This document shows, piece after piece, positions 1-12,928 of a stretch of 64,000 bases of DNA. A program made the translations under genes and the position numbers. Under the pieces are notes generated by a model that was not told the origin of the DNA, searched no databases, and saw only the letters and a program-made list of their open reading frames with translations. Source of the DNA: Octopus sinensis. Its lineage: Eukaryota. Position 1 is the stretch's first letter; each line of letters begins with the position of its first letter. The stretch is taken from positions 4,650,001 through 4,714,000 of the forward strand of contig NC_043000.1 in the NCBI RefSeq assembly GCF_006345805.1. Direction: 5' to 3'.

Positions 1-3000
1 GTCGGTACTCATCTTTGATCTCTGTCGGTATTCCCCTTTGATCTCTGTCGGCATTCCCCTTTGATCTCTGTCGGCATTCCTCTTTGATCTCTAACGGCAT
101 TCCTCTTGATCTCTGTCGGTACACCTATTTGATCTCTGTCGGCATTCTCTTTTATCTCTGTCGGTACTCATCTTTGATCTCTGACGGCATTCCTCTTTGA
201 TCTGCGTCAGTACTTATCTTTGATCTCTATCGGCATTCTTCTTTGATCTCCGTCGGCATCCTCTTTTGATCTATATCGGTATTCCTCTTTGATCTCTGTC
301 AGAACTCATCCTTGATCTCTGTCGGCATTCCTCATTGATCTCTGTCGGTACTCCTCTTTGATCTCTGTCGGCATTCCTCATTGATTTCTGTCGGTACTGC
401 TCTTTGATCTCTGTCGGGATTCCTCTTTGATCTCTGTCAGTACTCCTTTTTGATCTCTGTCGCCACCCCCTTTTGATCTATATCGGTATTCCCCTTTGAT
501 CTCTGTCGGCATTCTTCTTTGATCTCTGTCGGTACTCCTCTTTGATCTCTTTCGGAATTCCCCTTTGATCTCTGTCGGCATTCCTTTTGATCTCTGTCGG
601 TACTCCTCTTTGATCTCTGACGGTACTCATCTTTGATCTCTGTCGGCATTCCTCTTTGATCTCTGTCGGTAATCCTCTTTGATCTCTGACGGCATTCCTC
701 TTTGATCTCTGTCAGTACTCCCCTTTGATCTCTGTGGGCATTCCCCTTTGATCTCTGTCGGTACTCCTCTTTGGTCTCTGACGGTATTCCTCTTTGATCT
801 CTGTCAGTACTCCCCTTTGATCTCTGTCGGCATTCCTCTTTGATCTCTGTCGGTACTCCTCTTTGATCTCTGACGGCATTCCTCTTTGGTCTCTGTCGGT
901 ACTCCTCTTTGGTCTCTGACGGCATTCCTCTTTGATCTCTGTCAGTATTCCCTTTGATCTCTGTCGGCATTCCTCTTTCATCTCTGTCGGTACTCCTCTT
1001 TGATCTCTGACGGCATTCCTCTTTGATCTCTGTCAGTACACCTCTTTGGTCTCTGACGGCATTCCTCTTTGATCTCTGCCGGTACTCCTCTTTGATCTCT
1101 GTCGGCATTCATCTTTGATCTCTGTCAGTAGTAACGTTTGATCTCTGTCGGCATTCCCCTTTGATCTCTGTCGGTACTCCCCTTTGATCACTTTCGGCAC
1201 TCTCTTTGATCTCTTTCGGCACTCTCTTAGATCTTTTTTGGCATATTCTTTGATCTTTTTCGGGACCCTCTTTCATCTCTTTCGACACCCACTTTGATCT
1301 CTATCGGTACTCCTCTTTGATCTCTTTTGGTACTCCTTTTTGATCTCTGTCGGCACCCTCTTTGATCTCTTTCGGCACCCTCTTTGATCTCTTTCGGTAC
1401 CCTCTTTGATATCTTTCGGGAATCTTGTTTGATATCTTTCGGCACCCTCTTTGATCTCTTTCGGCACCTTCTTTGATCTATTTCGGCACCCTCTTTGATC
1501 TCTTTCGGCAACCTCTTTGATCTCTTTCGGTACCATCTTTGATCTATTTCGGCACCCTCTTTAATCTCTTTCGGTACCCTCTTTGATACTTTCGGGACTC
1601 TTGTTTGATCTCTTTCGGCACCCTCTTTGATCTCTTTCGGCACCCTCTTTGATCTCTTTCAGCACCCTCTTTGATATTTTTCGGCACCCTCTTTGATCTA
1701 TTTCGGCACCCTCTTTGCTCACTTTCGGGACCCTCTTTCATCTTTTTCGGCACCCTCTTTGATCTCTTTCGGCACCCTCTTTGGTCTCTTTCGGCACCCT
1801 CTTTGATCTCTTTCGGCACACTCTTTGATCTCTTTCGGGACTCTTCTTTGATCTCTTTCCGCACCCACTTTGATCTCTTTCGGCACCCTCTTTGATCTCA
1901 TTCGTTGCAAACTTTCATCTCTTTCGAGATTCACCTTTGATCTCTTTCGGCAATCTCTTTGATTTCGGTACTCCTCTTTGATTTGTGACGGCATTCCGTT
2001 TTGATCTCTGTCGGTAATCCCCTTTAATCTCTGCCGGCATTCCTATTTGGTCTCTGTCGGCATCCTCTTTGATCTCTGTCGGTACTCATCTTTGATCTCT
2101 GCCAACATTCCTCTTTGATCTCTGTCGGTGCTCCTCTTTGATCTCTGACGGCATTCATCGTTGATCTATGTCGGTAATTCCTTTTGATCTCTGACAGCAT
2201 TCCTTTTGATCTCTGTCGGTACACACCTTTGACCACTGTTGGCATTCCTCTTTGATCTCTGTCGGTACTCCTCTTTGATCTCTGTCGGTACTCCTCTTAT
2301 ATCTCTGATTGCATTCCTATTTGATCTATATCAGAACTCCCTTTGATCTCTGTCGGCATTCCCCTTTGATCTATGTCGGCATTCCTCTTTGATCTCTGAC
2401 GGCATTCCTCTTTGATCTCTGTCGGTACTCATCTTTGAACTCTGACGGCATTACTCTTTGATCTGCGTCAGTACTTATCTTTGATCTCTGTCGACATTCC
2501 TCTTTGATCTCTGTCGGTACTCCTCTTTGGTCTCTGACGGAATTCCTCTTTGATCTCTGCCGGTATTCCTCTTTGATCTCTGTCGGCAACACCTATTGAT
2601 CTCTGTCGGCATCCCTCTTTGATCTCTGTCAGTACCCATCCTTGATCTCTGTCGGCATTCCTCATTGATCTCTGTCGGTATTCCTCTTTGATCTCTGACG
2701 GCATTCCTCTTTGATCTCTGACAGTATTCCCCATTGATCTCTGTTGGCATTCCCCTTTGATCTCTGTCGGCATTCCTCTTTGATATCTGACGGCATTCCT
2801 CTTTGATCTCTGTCGGTACTCCTATTTGATCTCTGTCGGCATTCTCTTTTATCTCTGTCGGTACTCATCTTTGATCTCTGACGGCATTCCTCTTTGATCT
2901 CTGTCGGCATTCTTCTTTGATATCTGTCGGTGCTCCTCTTTGATCCCTGTCGGCATCCCCTTTTGATCTATATCGGTATTCCTCTTTGATCTCTGTTAGT

Positions 3001-6000
3001 ACTCATCCTTGATCTCTGTCGGCATTCCTCATTGATCTCTGTCGGTCCTCCTCTTTGATCTCTGTCGGCATTCCTCATTGATTTCGGTCGGTACTCCTCT
3101 TTGATCTCTGTCGGTACTCATCTTTGATCTCTGTCAGTACACCTCATTGATCTCTGTCGGCATCCCCTTTTGATCTATATCGGTATTCCTCATTGATCTC
3201 TGTCAGTACTCATCCTTGATCTCTGACGGCATTCCTCTTTGATCTCTGTCGGTACTCCTCTTTGATCTCTGACGGCATTCCTCTTTGATCTCTGTCAGTA
3301 TTCCCTTTGATCTCTGTCGGGATTCCTCTTTGATCTCTGTCAGTACTCCTCTTTGATCTCTGTCGGCACCCCCTTTTGATCTATATCGGTATTCCCCTTT
3401 AGATCTCTGTCGGCATTCCTCTTTGATCTCTGTCGGTACTCCTCTTTGATCTCTGACGGCATTCCTCATTGATCTCTGTCTGTACTCCACTTTGATCTCT
3501 GACGGCATTCCTCTTTGATCTCTGTCGGCATTCCTCTTTGATCTCTGTCGGCATTCCTCTTTGATCTCTGACGGTACTCCTCTTTGATCTCTGTCTGTAC
3601 TTTTCTTTGAACTCTGTCGGCATTCCTTTTGATCTCTGTCGGTACTCCTCTTTGATCTCTGACGGTACTCATCTTTGATCTCTGTCGGCATTCCTCTTTG
3701 ATCTCTGTCGGTAATCCTCCTTGATCTCTGACGGCATTCCTCTTTGATCTCTGTCAGTACTCCCCTTTGATCTCTGTGGGCATTCCCCTTTGATCTCTGT
3801 CGGTACTCCTCTTTGGTCTCTGACGGTATTCCTCTTTGATCTCTGTCAGTACTCCCCTTTGATCTCTGTCGGCATTCCTCTTTGATCTCTGTCGGTACTC
3901 CTCTTTGATCTCTGACGGCATTCCTCTTTGATCTCTGTCGGTATCCCCGTTTGATCTCTGTCGGCATCCCTTTTTGATCTCTGTCTGTACTCTTATTTGA
4001 TCTCTGTCGGCATTCTCTTTTATCTCTGTCGGTACTCATCTTTGATCTCTGACGGCATTCCTCTCTGATCTGCGTCAGTACTTATCTTTGATCTCTGTCG
4101 GAATTCTTCTTTGATCTCTGTCGGTACTCCTGTTTAATCTCTGTCGGCATCCCCTTTTGATCTATATCGGTATTCCTCTTTGATCTCTGTCAGTACTCAT
4201 CCTTGATCTCTGTCGGCATTCCTCATTGATCTCTGTCGGTACTCCTCTTTGATCTCTGTCGGCATTCCTCTTTGATCTCTGTCGGTATTCCTCTTTGATA
4301 TCTGTCTGTACTTTTCTTTGAACTCTGTCGGCATTCCTTTTGATCTCTGTCGGTACTCCTCTTTGATCTCTGACGGCATTCCTCTTTTATCTCTGTCAGT
4401 ACTCATCTTTGATCTCTGACGGCATTCCTCTTTGATCTGTCAGTACTCATCTTTGATCTCTGACGGCATTCCTCTTTGATCTCTGTCAGTACTCATCCTT
4501 GATCTCTGTTGGCATTCCTCATTGATCTCTGTCGGTATTCCTCTTTGATCTCTGTCGGCATTCCTCAATGATCTCTGCCGGTACTCTCCTCTTTGATCTC
4601 TGTCGGCATTTCTCTTTGATCTCTGCCGGTACTCCTCTTTGATCTATGTCGGCATTCCTCTTTGATCTCTGTCGGTACTCCTCTTTGGTCTCTGACGGCA
4701 TTCCTCTTTGATCTCTGTCAGTACTCATCTTTGATCTCTGTCGGCATTCCTCTTTGATCTCTGTCAGTATTCCCCTTTGATCTCTGTCGGCATTCCCCTT
4801 TGATCTCTGTAGGCATTCCCCTTGATCTCTGTCGGCATTCCTCTTTGATCTCTTTCGGCATTCCTCTTTGATATCTGTCAGTACTCCCCTTTGATCTCTG
4901 TCGGCATTCCCCTTTGATCTCTCTCGGTACTCCTCTTTGGTCTCTGACGACATTCCTCTTTGATCTCTGCCGGTACTCCTCTTTGATCTCTGTCGGCATC
5001 CCCTTTGATCTCTGTCGGGATCCCTCTTTGATCTCTGTCACTACTCATCCTTCATCTTTGTCGGCATTCCTCATTGATCTCTGTCGGTACTTCTCTTTGA
5101 TCTCTGTCGGATTTCTCATTGATCTCTGTCGGTACTCCTCTTTAATCTCTGTCGGCATTCCTCATTGATCTCTGTCGGTACTCATCATTGATCTCTGACG
5201 GCATTCCTCTTTGATCTCTCTCGGTATTCCCCTTTGATCTCTGTCGGCATTCCTCTTTGATCTCTGTCGGCATTCCTCTTTGATCTCTCTCGGTATTCCT
5301 CTTTGATCTCTGTCGGTTCTCCTATTTGATCTCTGTCGGCTTTCTCTTTTATCTCTGTCGGTACTCATCTTTGATTTCTGACGGCATTCCTCTTTGATCT
5401 CTGTCAGTACTCATCTTTGATCTCTGAAGGCATTCCTTTTTGATCTCTGTCAGTACTCATCCTTGATCTCTGTCGGCTTTCCTCATTGATCTCTGTCGGT
5501 ACTCCTGTTTGGTCTCTATCGGCATTCCTCATTGATCTCTGCCGGTACTGCTCTTTGATCTCTGTCGGCATTCCTCTTTGATCTCTGTTGGTACTCCTCT
5601 TTGGTCTCTGACGGCATTCCTCTTTGATCTCTGTCAGTACTCATCTTTGATCTCTGTCGGCATTCCTCTTTGATCTCTGTCGGTATTCCCCTTTGATCTC
5701 TGTCGGCATTCCCCTTTGATCTCTGTCGGCATTCCTCTTTGATCTCTGACGGTACTCCCTTTGATCTCTGTCGGTACTTCTATTTGATTTCTGTCGGCAT
5801 TCCTCTTTGATCTCTGTCGGTATTCCCCTTTCATCTCTGTCTGTACTTTTCTTTGAACTCTGTCGTCATTCCTTTTGATCTCTGTCGGTACTCCTCTTTG
5901 ATCTCTGACGGCATTCCTTTTTGATCTCTGTCAGTACTCCCCTTTGATCTCTGTCGGTATTCCTCTTTGATCTCTGTCGATACTCCTCTTTAGTCTCTGA

Positions 6001-7787
6001 CGGCATCCCTCTTTGATCTCTGCCGGTACTCCTCTTTGATCTCTGTCGGCATTCCTCATTGATCTCTGTCAGTACTCATCTTTGATCTCTGAATGGCATT
6101 TCTCTTTGATCTCTGTCAGTACTCATCTTTGATCTCTGTCGGCATTCCTCTTTGATCTCTGTCGGTATTCCCCTTTGATCTCTGTCGGCATTCCCCTTTG
6201 ATCTCTGTCGGCATTCCTCATTGATCTCTTTCGGCATTCCTCTTTGATCTCTGTCAGTACTCCCCTTTGATCTCTGTCGGTATTATACTTTGATGTCTGT
6301 CGGTACTCCTCTTTGGTCTCTGACGGCATCCCTCTTTGATCTCTGCCGGTACTCCTCTTTGATCTCTGTCGGCATCCCCTTTGATCTCTGTCGGCATCCC
6401 TCTTTGATCTCTGTCAGTACTCATCCTTGATCTCTGTCGGCATTTCTCATTGATCTCTGTAGGTACTCCTCTTTGATCTCTGTCGGCATTCGTCATTGAT
6501 CTCTGTAGGTACTCATCTTTGATCTCTTACGGCATTCCTCTTGATCTCTGTCAGTACTCATCTTTGATCTCTGTCGGTATTCCCCTTTGATCTCTGTCGG
6601 CATTCCCCTTTGATCTCTGTCGGCATTCCTTTTGATCTCTGACGGCATTCCTCTTTGATCTCTGTCGGTACTCCTATTTGATCTCTGTCGGCATTCTCTT
6701 TTATCTCTGTCGGTACTCATCTTTGATCTCTGACGGCATTCCTCTTTGATCTGCGTCAGTACTTATCTTTGATCTCTGTCGGCATTCTTCTTTGATCTCT
6801 GTCGACATCCCCTTTTGATCTCTGTCGGCATCCCTCTTTGATCTCTGTCAGTACTCATCCTTGATCTCTGTCGGCATTTCTCATTGATCTCTGTAGGTAC
6901 TCCTCTTTGATCTCTGTCGGCATTCGTCATTGATCTCTGTAGGTACTCATCTTTGATCTCTTACGGCATTCCTCTTTGATCTCTGTCAGTACTCATCTTT
7001 GATCTCTGTCGGTATTCCCCTTTGATCTCTGTCGGCATTCCCCTTTGATCTCTGTCGGCATTCCTCTTTGATCTCTGACGGCATTCCTCTTTGATCTCTG
7101 TCGGTACTCCTATTTGATCTCTGTCGGCATTCTCTTTTATCTCTGTCGGTACTCATCTTTGATCTCTGACGGCATTCCTCTTTGATCTGCGTCAGTACTT
7201 ATCTTTGATCTCTGTCGGCATTCTTCTTTGATCTCTGTCGACATCCCCTTTTGATCTATATCGGTATTCCTCTTTGATCTCTGTCAGTACTCATCCTTGA
7301 TCTCTGTCGACATTCCTCATTGATCTCCGTCGGTACTCCTATTTGATCTCTGACGGCATTCCTCTTTGATCTCTGTCGGTATTCCTCTTTGATCTCTGAC
7401 GGTACTCATCTTTGATCTCTGTCGGCATTCCTCTTTGATCTCTGTCGGTACTCCTCTTTGATCTCTGACGGCATTCCTCTTTGATCTCTGTCAGTACTCC
7501 CCTTTGATCTCTGTCGGCATTCCTCTTTGATCTCTCTCGGCACCCTCTTTGATCTTTTTCGGCATACTCTTTGATCTTTTTCAGAACCCTCTTTGATCTC
7601 TTTCGGCACTCTCTTTGATCTCTTTCAGAACCCTCTTTGATCTCTTTCGGCACCCTCTTTGATCTCTTTCAGAACCCTCTTTGATCTCTTCAGAACCCTC
7701 TTTGATCTCTTTCGGCACCCTCTTTGATCTCTTTCAGAACCCTCTTTGATCTCTTTCAGTTCCCTCTTTGATCTCTTTCGGCAACCC
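1..7787. repeat. Tandem satellite, 23-bp monomer (consensus GATCTCTGTCGGCATTCCTCTTT) with 22-bp variant domains; runs off the window start
   Basis: GATC recurs every 23 bp (e.g. 63, 86), and minus-strand ORFs show a 23-aa period (3 monomers). In ~1190-1955 and ~7540-7785 the unit is the 22-bp GATCTCTTTCGGCACCCTCTTT (22-aa period). Confidence 0.97.
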
Positions 7788-7898
7788 TCATTGTTATTAA
7801 TATTATTATTATAATCATTATTATTATTATTATTATGATAATGTGTTGAAATTAAAAATATTTTATTTACACCTGCGTTAAACTCCATTTACTTATTC

Positions 7899-8134
7899 AT
7901 ATATATATATATATATATATATATACGTGTATGTGTATATATGTGTATATGTGTATGCATGTGTATGTGTATACATATATATATATACGTGTATATATGT
8001 ATGCGTGTATATGTATATCTATATATATATGTACATATATATATGTGTATATACATATGTATGTGTATAGGTATGTATATATATATATGTATACGTATGC
8101 ATATATATGCATATATATATGTATACATATGTAT
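7899..8134. repeat. Compound (TA)n/(TG)n microsatellite
   Basis: Directly visible dinucleotide mosaic. Confidence 0.95.
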
Positions 8135-9053
8135 ATGTGGGCTGAAAAGAATAGCATGCAGTTCAATGCTGAAAAGTTTCAAGCTTTATACTATCAGCAT
8201 GCACAACTGAATGCATTACCCAATGAATACACTGGACCCGGAGGGACTGCAATCCCAGAGGCACAATCAGTGCGTGACCTGGGTATTCACATGAGTGATG
8301 ACGCAACCTTTCATGTACATGTTGCTAAACTGGCAATGAAATGTAGGCCGCTGGCCGGATGGATTCTTTGAACCTTTAGAACAAGAGAACAAGAAACCAT
8401 GATGGTCCTCTGGAAGACACTTGTCCTAAGCCACTTTGACTATTGCTCTCAGCTATGGTCACCATCCTGTGTCAAGTTGATCACAGAACTTGAGGCGATC
8501 CAACGAAGTTACACGAAGAAGATAGCCTCTATGCAGCATATCAGCTACTGGGAAAGACTCAAGAGATTAAAACTCTATTCCTTGGAGCGTAGGCGAGAAA
8601 GATATGCCATAATATATATCTGGAAGATCCTGGAAGGACTTGTCCCAAACTTTGGCATCGAGAGTCACACAAATGCCAGAACCGGGCGCCACTGCGTGGT
8701 ACCAAGGACTCCAAATTTGCCATCAAGATGTAGGACAAGATACTGTGATAGCCTGGGCTTCAGATGCCCACAGCTCTTCAATATCCTCCCGAAGAACCTG
8801 AGGGACCTGCATGGTGTAGATGCGGATGTCTTTAAAATGAAACTGGATCTCTTCCTGTCAGGTGTCCCGGATGAACCAACTTCACGGCAGGAGGTGCAGA
8901 TGAGGGCAGCTGCATAGAACTCTCTCATGCACCAAATGGCAGTTGCTAAAAAGCATTTGTGAGGTAAAATCATGTAGCAAACCAAATGGCGGTGCCCCAG
9001 CATGGCCACAGCTCATGAGCTGAAACTGGAAAAATCAAAATCAAATCAAAATC
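8135..9053 (+). mobile_element. 5'-truncated CR1-clade LINE (C-terminal part of ORF2, 3' UTR, (AAATC)n tail), pseudogenised
   Basis: [14 protein letters not shown]...VRDLGI...FDYCSQLWSP...LYSLERRRERY matches ORF2 of the copy at 13113-16135. In-frame stops at 8369-8371 and 8915-8917; 3' end GAGCTGAAAC; flanked by TA repeats. Confidence 0.93.
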
Positions 9054-9189
9054 ATATACAAGCATATATATATATATATATATACATTTATACACATGCA
9101 TATATATATATATATACGTATAACTATCTATCTGCATAAATATACATATATATGTATGTGTGTGAATGTGTGTGCGTGTGTTTTCATGT

Positions 9190-9228
9190 TTGCATGTATG
9201 TATGTATGCATGTATGTATGTATGTATG

Positions 9229-9259
<31 letters not shown>

Positions 9260-9620
9260 TGTATGTATGTATGTATTTATGTATGTATGTAATGTATGTA
9301 TGTATGTATGTATGTATTTATGTATGTATGTATGTATGTATGGTATGTATGTATTATGTATGTATGTATGTATGTATGTATGTATGTATGTATATGTATG
9401 TATGTATTATGTATGTATGTATGTATGTATGTATGTATGTACGTATGTATGTATGTATGTATGTATGTATGTATGTATGTATGTATGTATGCATGTATGT
9501 ATGTATGTATGTATGTATGTATGTATGTATGTATGTATGTATGTATGTATGTATGCATGCATGCATGCATGCATGCATGTATGTATGTATGTATGTATGT
9601 ATGTATGTGTGTGTGTGTGT
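9190..9620. repeat. (TATG)n microsatellite
   Basis: Directly visible, ~430 bp. Confidence 0.97.
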
Positions 9621-10200
9621 AAAAGTTAAGTATTTCTTAATATTCAATTTAGGGCGGAGACTTACGAAAAACTAGAAGCATAAAAGAATATATATAAATA
9701 TATATATATATACGAGAAAGAAGCAACAAGAATGGATTAGTTTTTAGTACAATTGTTTCATACAAAGACAGGCTTTATTACAAGTTGCAAAAATTGCAGC
9801 AGATAAAAGTGTCCCGTACTCATCAGCTAAAACACATATGAGTTCTCCAAACATCTTAGTGGGTGAGGCTACACTCATGAAGTATCGGAGATAATTTCAT
9901 AAAAAGCAGATTCAGGTTGTAAACAGACTTCCAAAGTTCTTTAATGATGATGCATAGTCTTATCACAGGTTTTAAAAAAGCTTATTAGCTTCACAGAGAA
10001 GGTGAATCAATCCATAGTGTAGGTGCAAATTTCCAGGGATATGAGGAGGTATTTCATACTCACAGACGATGAATCTATCCATGGTTAATCCACAATGAGG
10101 TGGGTATAATTTCATGCTATATGATAAGATACTTGTCACATTACTGTTCCCTTCACAAAACTGCTATGTTAGAATTTCTAAAGGCTGAAGGAATTTTGTG

Positions 10201-10600
10201 AAGCAAAGAAAAGAAAAGAAAAGAGAAGAAAAGAAAAAAGAAAAGGAAAAGAAAGAAAAAAGAAAAAAGAAAAAGGAGAAGAAGAAAAAAAGAAAAAAGA
10301 AAAAACGCCCACATAGAGTATACTGTGACAACTAAGAGGGAAGGGGTCGCAGGTAATCCCCTACACAGAAAAAAGTCTCTTAAATTTGGAGACAGTCAGA
10401 CTGGCTTAGAATTTGCAGGAATCTAAGAATTATAAGGAGAATATTATTTTTGACCAGTATACAGCTATTAATTGCCAACCTGACGGAGCTAAAGCAGATA
10501 TGAGAATCTAAAGAGAGAACAAGGGAAGGGATAGAGGGGTCAAAGGCTATCATTAGAGGCAAATACATTAAGAGAAATAAGTGCAATACTAGAAAGAGGT
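10201..10600 (-). mobile_element. Possible degenerate non-LTR retroelement 3' end with a pyrimidine-rich tail
   Basis: Short minus ORF 10380-10586 followed by a UTR-like stretch and a (CTTTT)n run; no diagnostic motif recognised. Confidence 0.2.
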
Positions 10601-11044
10601 AATTTAATTTATTTATTTATTACTGTTACTGTTTATATTGTTGTTGTTACTGTCTATACATTGACAGACTAAAGGTCTATACTTAGAAGTCATTAACAAG
10701 GTGTAAGAGAATTGCTTATCATATTGAAATTTCTTATACTACTTTTAAGGGAGTAGCATTACTTATTTAATTTTGTAATAGAATTATGAAGCATTAGTAA
10801 CTTATTTTATTTAAGTTGTGTTACCTAAATTAGATTAAATATATATATTAAAGCGTTTGATATTTTATTTCTTTATACTGTTGATTTGTTCTTCGTGGTT
10901 TGTTACTCATATGATTCTCCTTAGCTGGCCTTTTAAGGTTCAACATTCGGACACATACACGCATATATGCGCGCCCGGGCACACACACGCACACACACAC
11001 ATATATACATTCACATATATAAAATCTACACACGCTCACATATT

Positions 11045-11880
11045 GGGGGAAAATTTTTGTGTAAAATTTTCGGTGAAAATTTTCGAAAACTTTTTGTGTA
11101 AAATTTTCGGGAAAGTTTTGGGTAAAATTTTCAGTGAAAATTTTTGAAAACTTTTTGGGCAAAATTTTCGAGGAAAATTTTCGAAAAATTTTCGAAAAAG
11201 TTTTGGGGAAAATTTTCCTTGAAAATTTTTGGTGCAAATTTTCGAAATGTTGTTAGTGAAAATTTTTGGGTAAAATTTTCGAAAAATTTTTGGGTAAAAT
11301 TTTCGAAAAATATTTCGGTAAAATTTTCGAAAAATTTCTGTGAAAATTTTCTTGGCAAAATTTTCAAACAATTTGTAAAATTTTCGAAAAAGTTTTGGGG
11401 AAAATTTTTGGTGCAAATTTTCGAAATGGTGTTAGTGAAAATTTTTGGGTAAAATTTTCGGTGAAAATTTTCGGAAAATTTTTGGTAAAATTTTCGAAAA
11501 ATTTTTGGCTAAAATTTTCGGTGAAAATTTTCGGAAAATTCTAGGGGAAAATTTTCGGTGAAAATTTTCGGGAAATTTTTGGGTAAAATTTTTGGTGAAA
11601 ATTTTCGAGAAAATTTGTATAAATTTCGGTGAAAATTTTCGAAACATTTCTGTGAAAATATTCGTGGCTAAATGTTCGAAAAGTTTGTAAAATTTTCGAA
11701 AGATTTTTGGGGAAAATTTTCCGTGAAAATTTTTTGTGCAAATTTTCGAGAAAATTTCGAGAAATTTCGAGAAAATTTTTGGGTAAAATTCTCGGCGTAA
11801 ATTTTCGATAAATATTTGGGTAAATTTTCGAAAAATATTTGGGTAAAATTTTCGAAAATTTTCACCCGAAATTTTACCCC
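11045..11880. repeat. A-tract satellite, left arm (AAAATTTTCG / AAAATTTTCGGTG / AAAATTTTTGGGT units, G-run orientation)
   Basis: AAAATTTT core every 10-13 bp. A sub-block at ~11200-11280 is repeated at ~11390-11460, and the orientation flips to C-runs at ~11860. Confidence 0.93.
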
Positions 11881-11966
11881 AAAAAGTCTCTCCACAGCGA
11901 ATTTTACATATATATATATATATATTTATATACACAGTGTTCAAAAAGTCTCTTCACAGTGAATTT

Positions 11967-12006
<40 letters not shown>

Positions 12007-12009
12007 TAT

Positions 12010-12928
12010 TGTTACGGAATCACCCGTCGCCGCTCGCCCGAACGGGCAAGTTCGCCACGGAACCCAGAGAGAGAAGAGATAGATACAACAACAGCAGCAG
12101 CAGCACGAAGGCACAGAGGCAACCGAGAGAGACACAAAACGGCAAGGCAACAACTGGCTTACATTTAACAACTAGTTTATGGCAATCAATTGTTACAACA
12201 TCAAAGCATTTAAAGGAAACAACAAATCAATACAGGTATACAACAGATGAAAGCATTTAAAGATGCAAGTAACAATATAACGGTCCGGTAACGACACAAG
12301 TCATATACATATATGTTCGAAGGACATTATACAATGTTCAAATCACAACAATTCACGTTACAATTCAATGTTCATTTCACTGTCTCAGTTCTTTTCACTG
12401 TTCAATACACCAATTCTTTTTTCCTTCTACAGTCTCTTTACATCGTAGCACGTATCAATACAATTAAATACCTTAATTCCTAATTAGAATAGCCAGTGTC
12501 CCATATTGTAGTCTCTCTCTCTCTCTCAGCGCTGCTAGCTCCAACTTGCCAAGCTCCTGAATCCCAACTGCTTGTCCTGACTTCCAAAATCCGACTGTCC
12601 TCTTTGACGACCGAATACCAACTGTCCCTCTATCACTACTCCTCAATCTGTCTCTACTGCTTATACCCTCTCTATCTGCTCTCAGCCCTAACTGCCTATC
12701 TCTATCGCGCTGCTGCTCTCACTCTCTCATGACAGCTCTCAGATCCCTTACTCTATCTCTCTCACTACCTCACATCCCTCTGACCGCCAATCGACCGGCA
12801 AGGCCAAAGGTCCCTCCAAAACCCATTACTCTTCCAGTAAACAAAGAGCTGTCACTTTTTACTCCAGGCCTACCGGCGCCATTCCCACAAAGTGGGTCAA
12901 GAAATACTGCACTAGCCAAACCATAACA
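12010..12928. mobile_element. Solo LTR (probably Gypsy-type), 919 bp
   Basis: Termini TGTTA...TAACA (5-bp inverted repeat) with ATAT on both sides inside a TA tract; no coding capacity. TSD length is ambiguous because of the microsatellite. Confidence 0.72.

Noticed and set aside
1-7787. CRISPR-like regular repeats (also 26998-27144 and the CACAGTG units)
   Set aside because: Units are contiguous or separated only by microsatellite/TE DNA; there are no unique equal-length spacers or cas genes, and the context is eukaryotic
378-7888. Dozens of 60-280 aa ORFs (MPTEIKEECRQRSK...)
   Set aside because: These are translations of the 23/22-bp satellite; the period equals three monomers and frames break at indels
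7889-9675. Tyr/Ile/Val/Cys/Met-rich and His/Thr-rich ORFs (also 30291-31462, 47044-47607, 57042-57329, 60202-60563)
   Set aside because: Microsatellite translations
9810-9835. CTGATGAG on the minus strand as a second hammerhead, and 9700-10200 as a Penelope remnant
   Set aside because: No GAAA or closing helices follow, and the peptide similarity is too weak to call
10848-11944. Lys/Phe/Asn-rich ORFs on both strands
   Set aside because: Translations of the A-tract satellite
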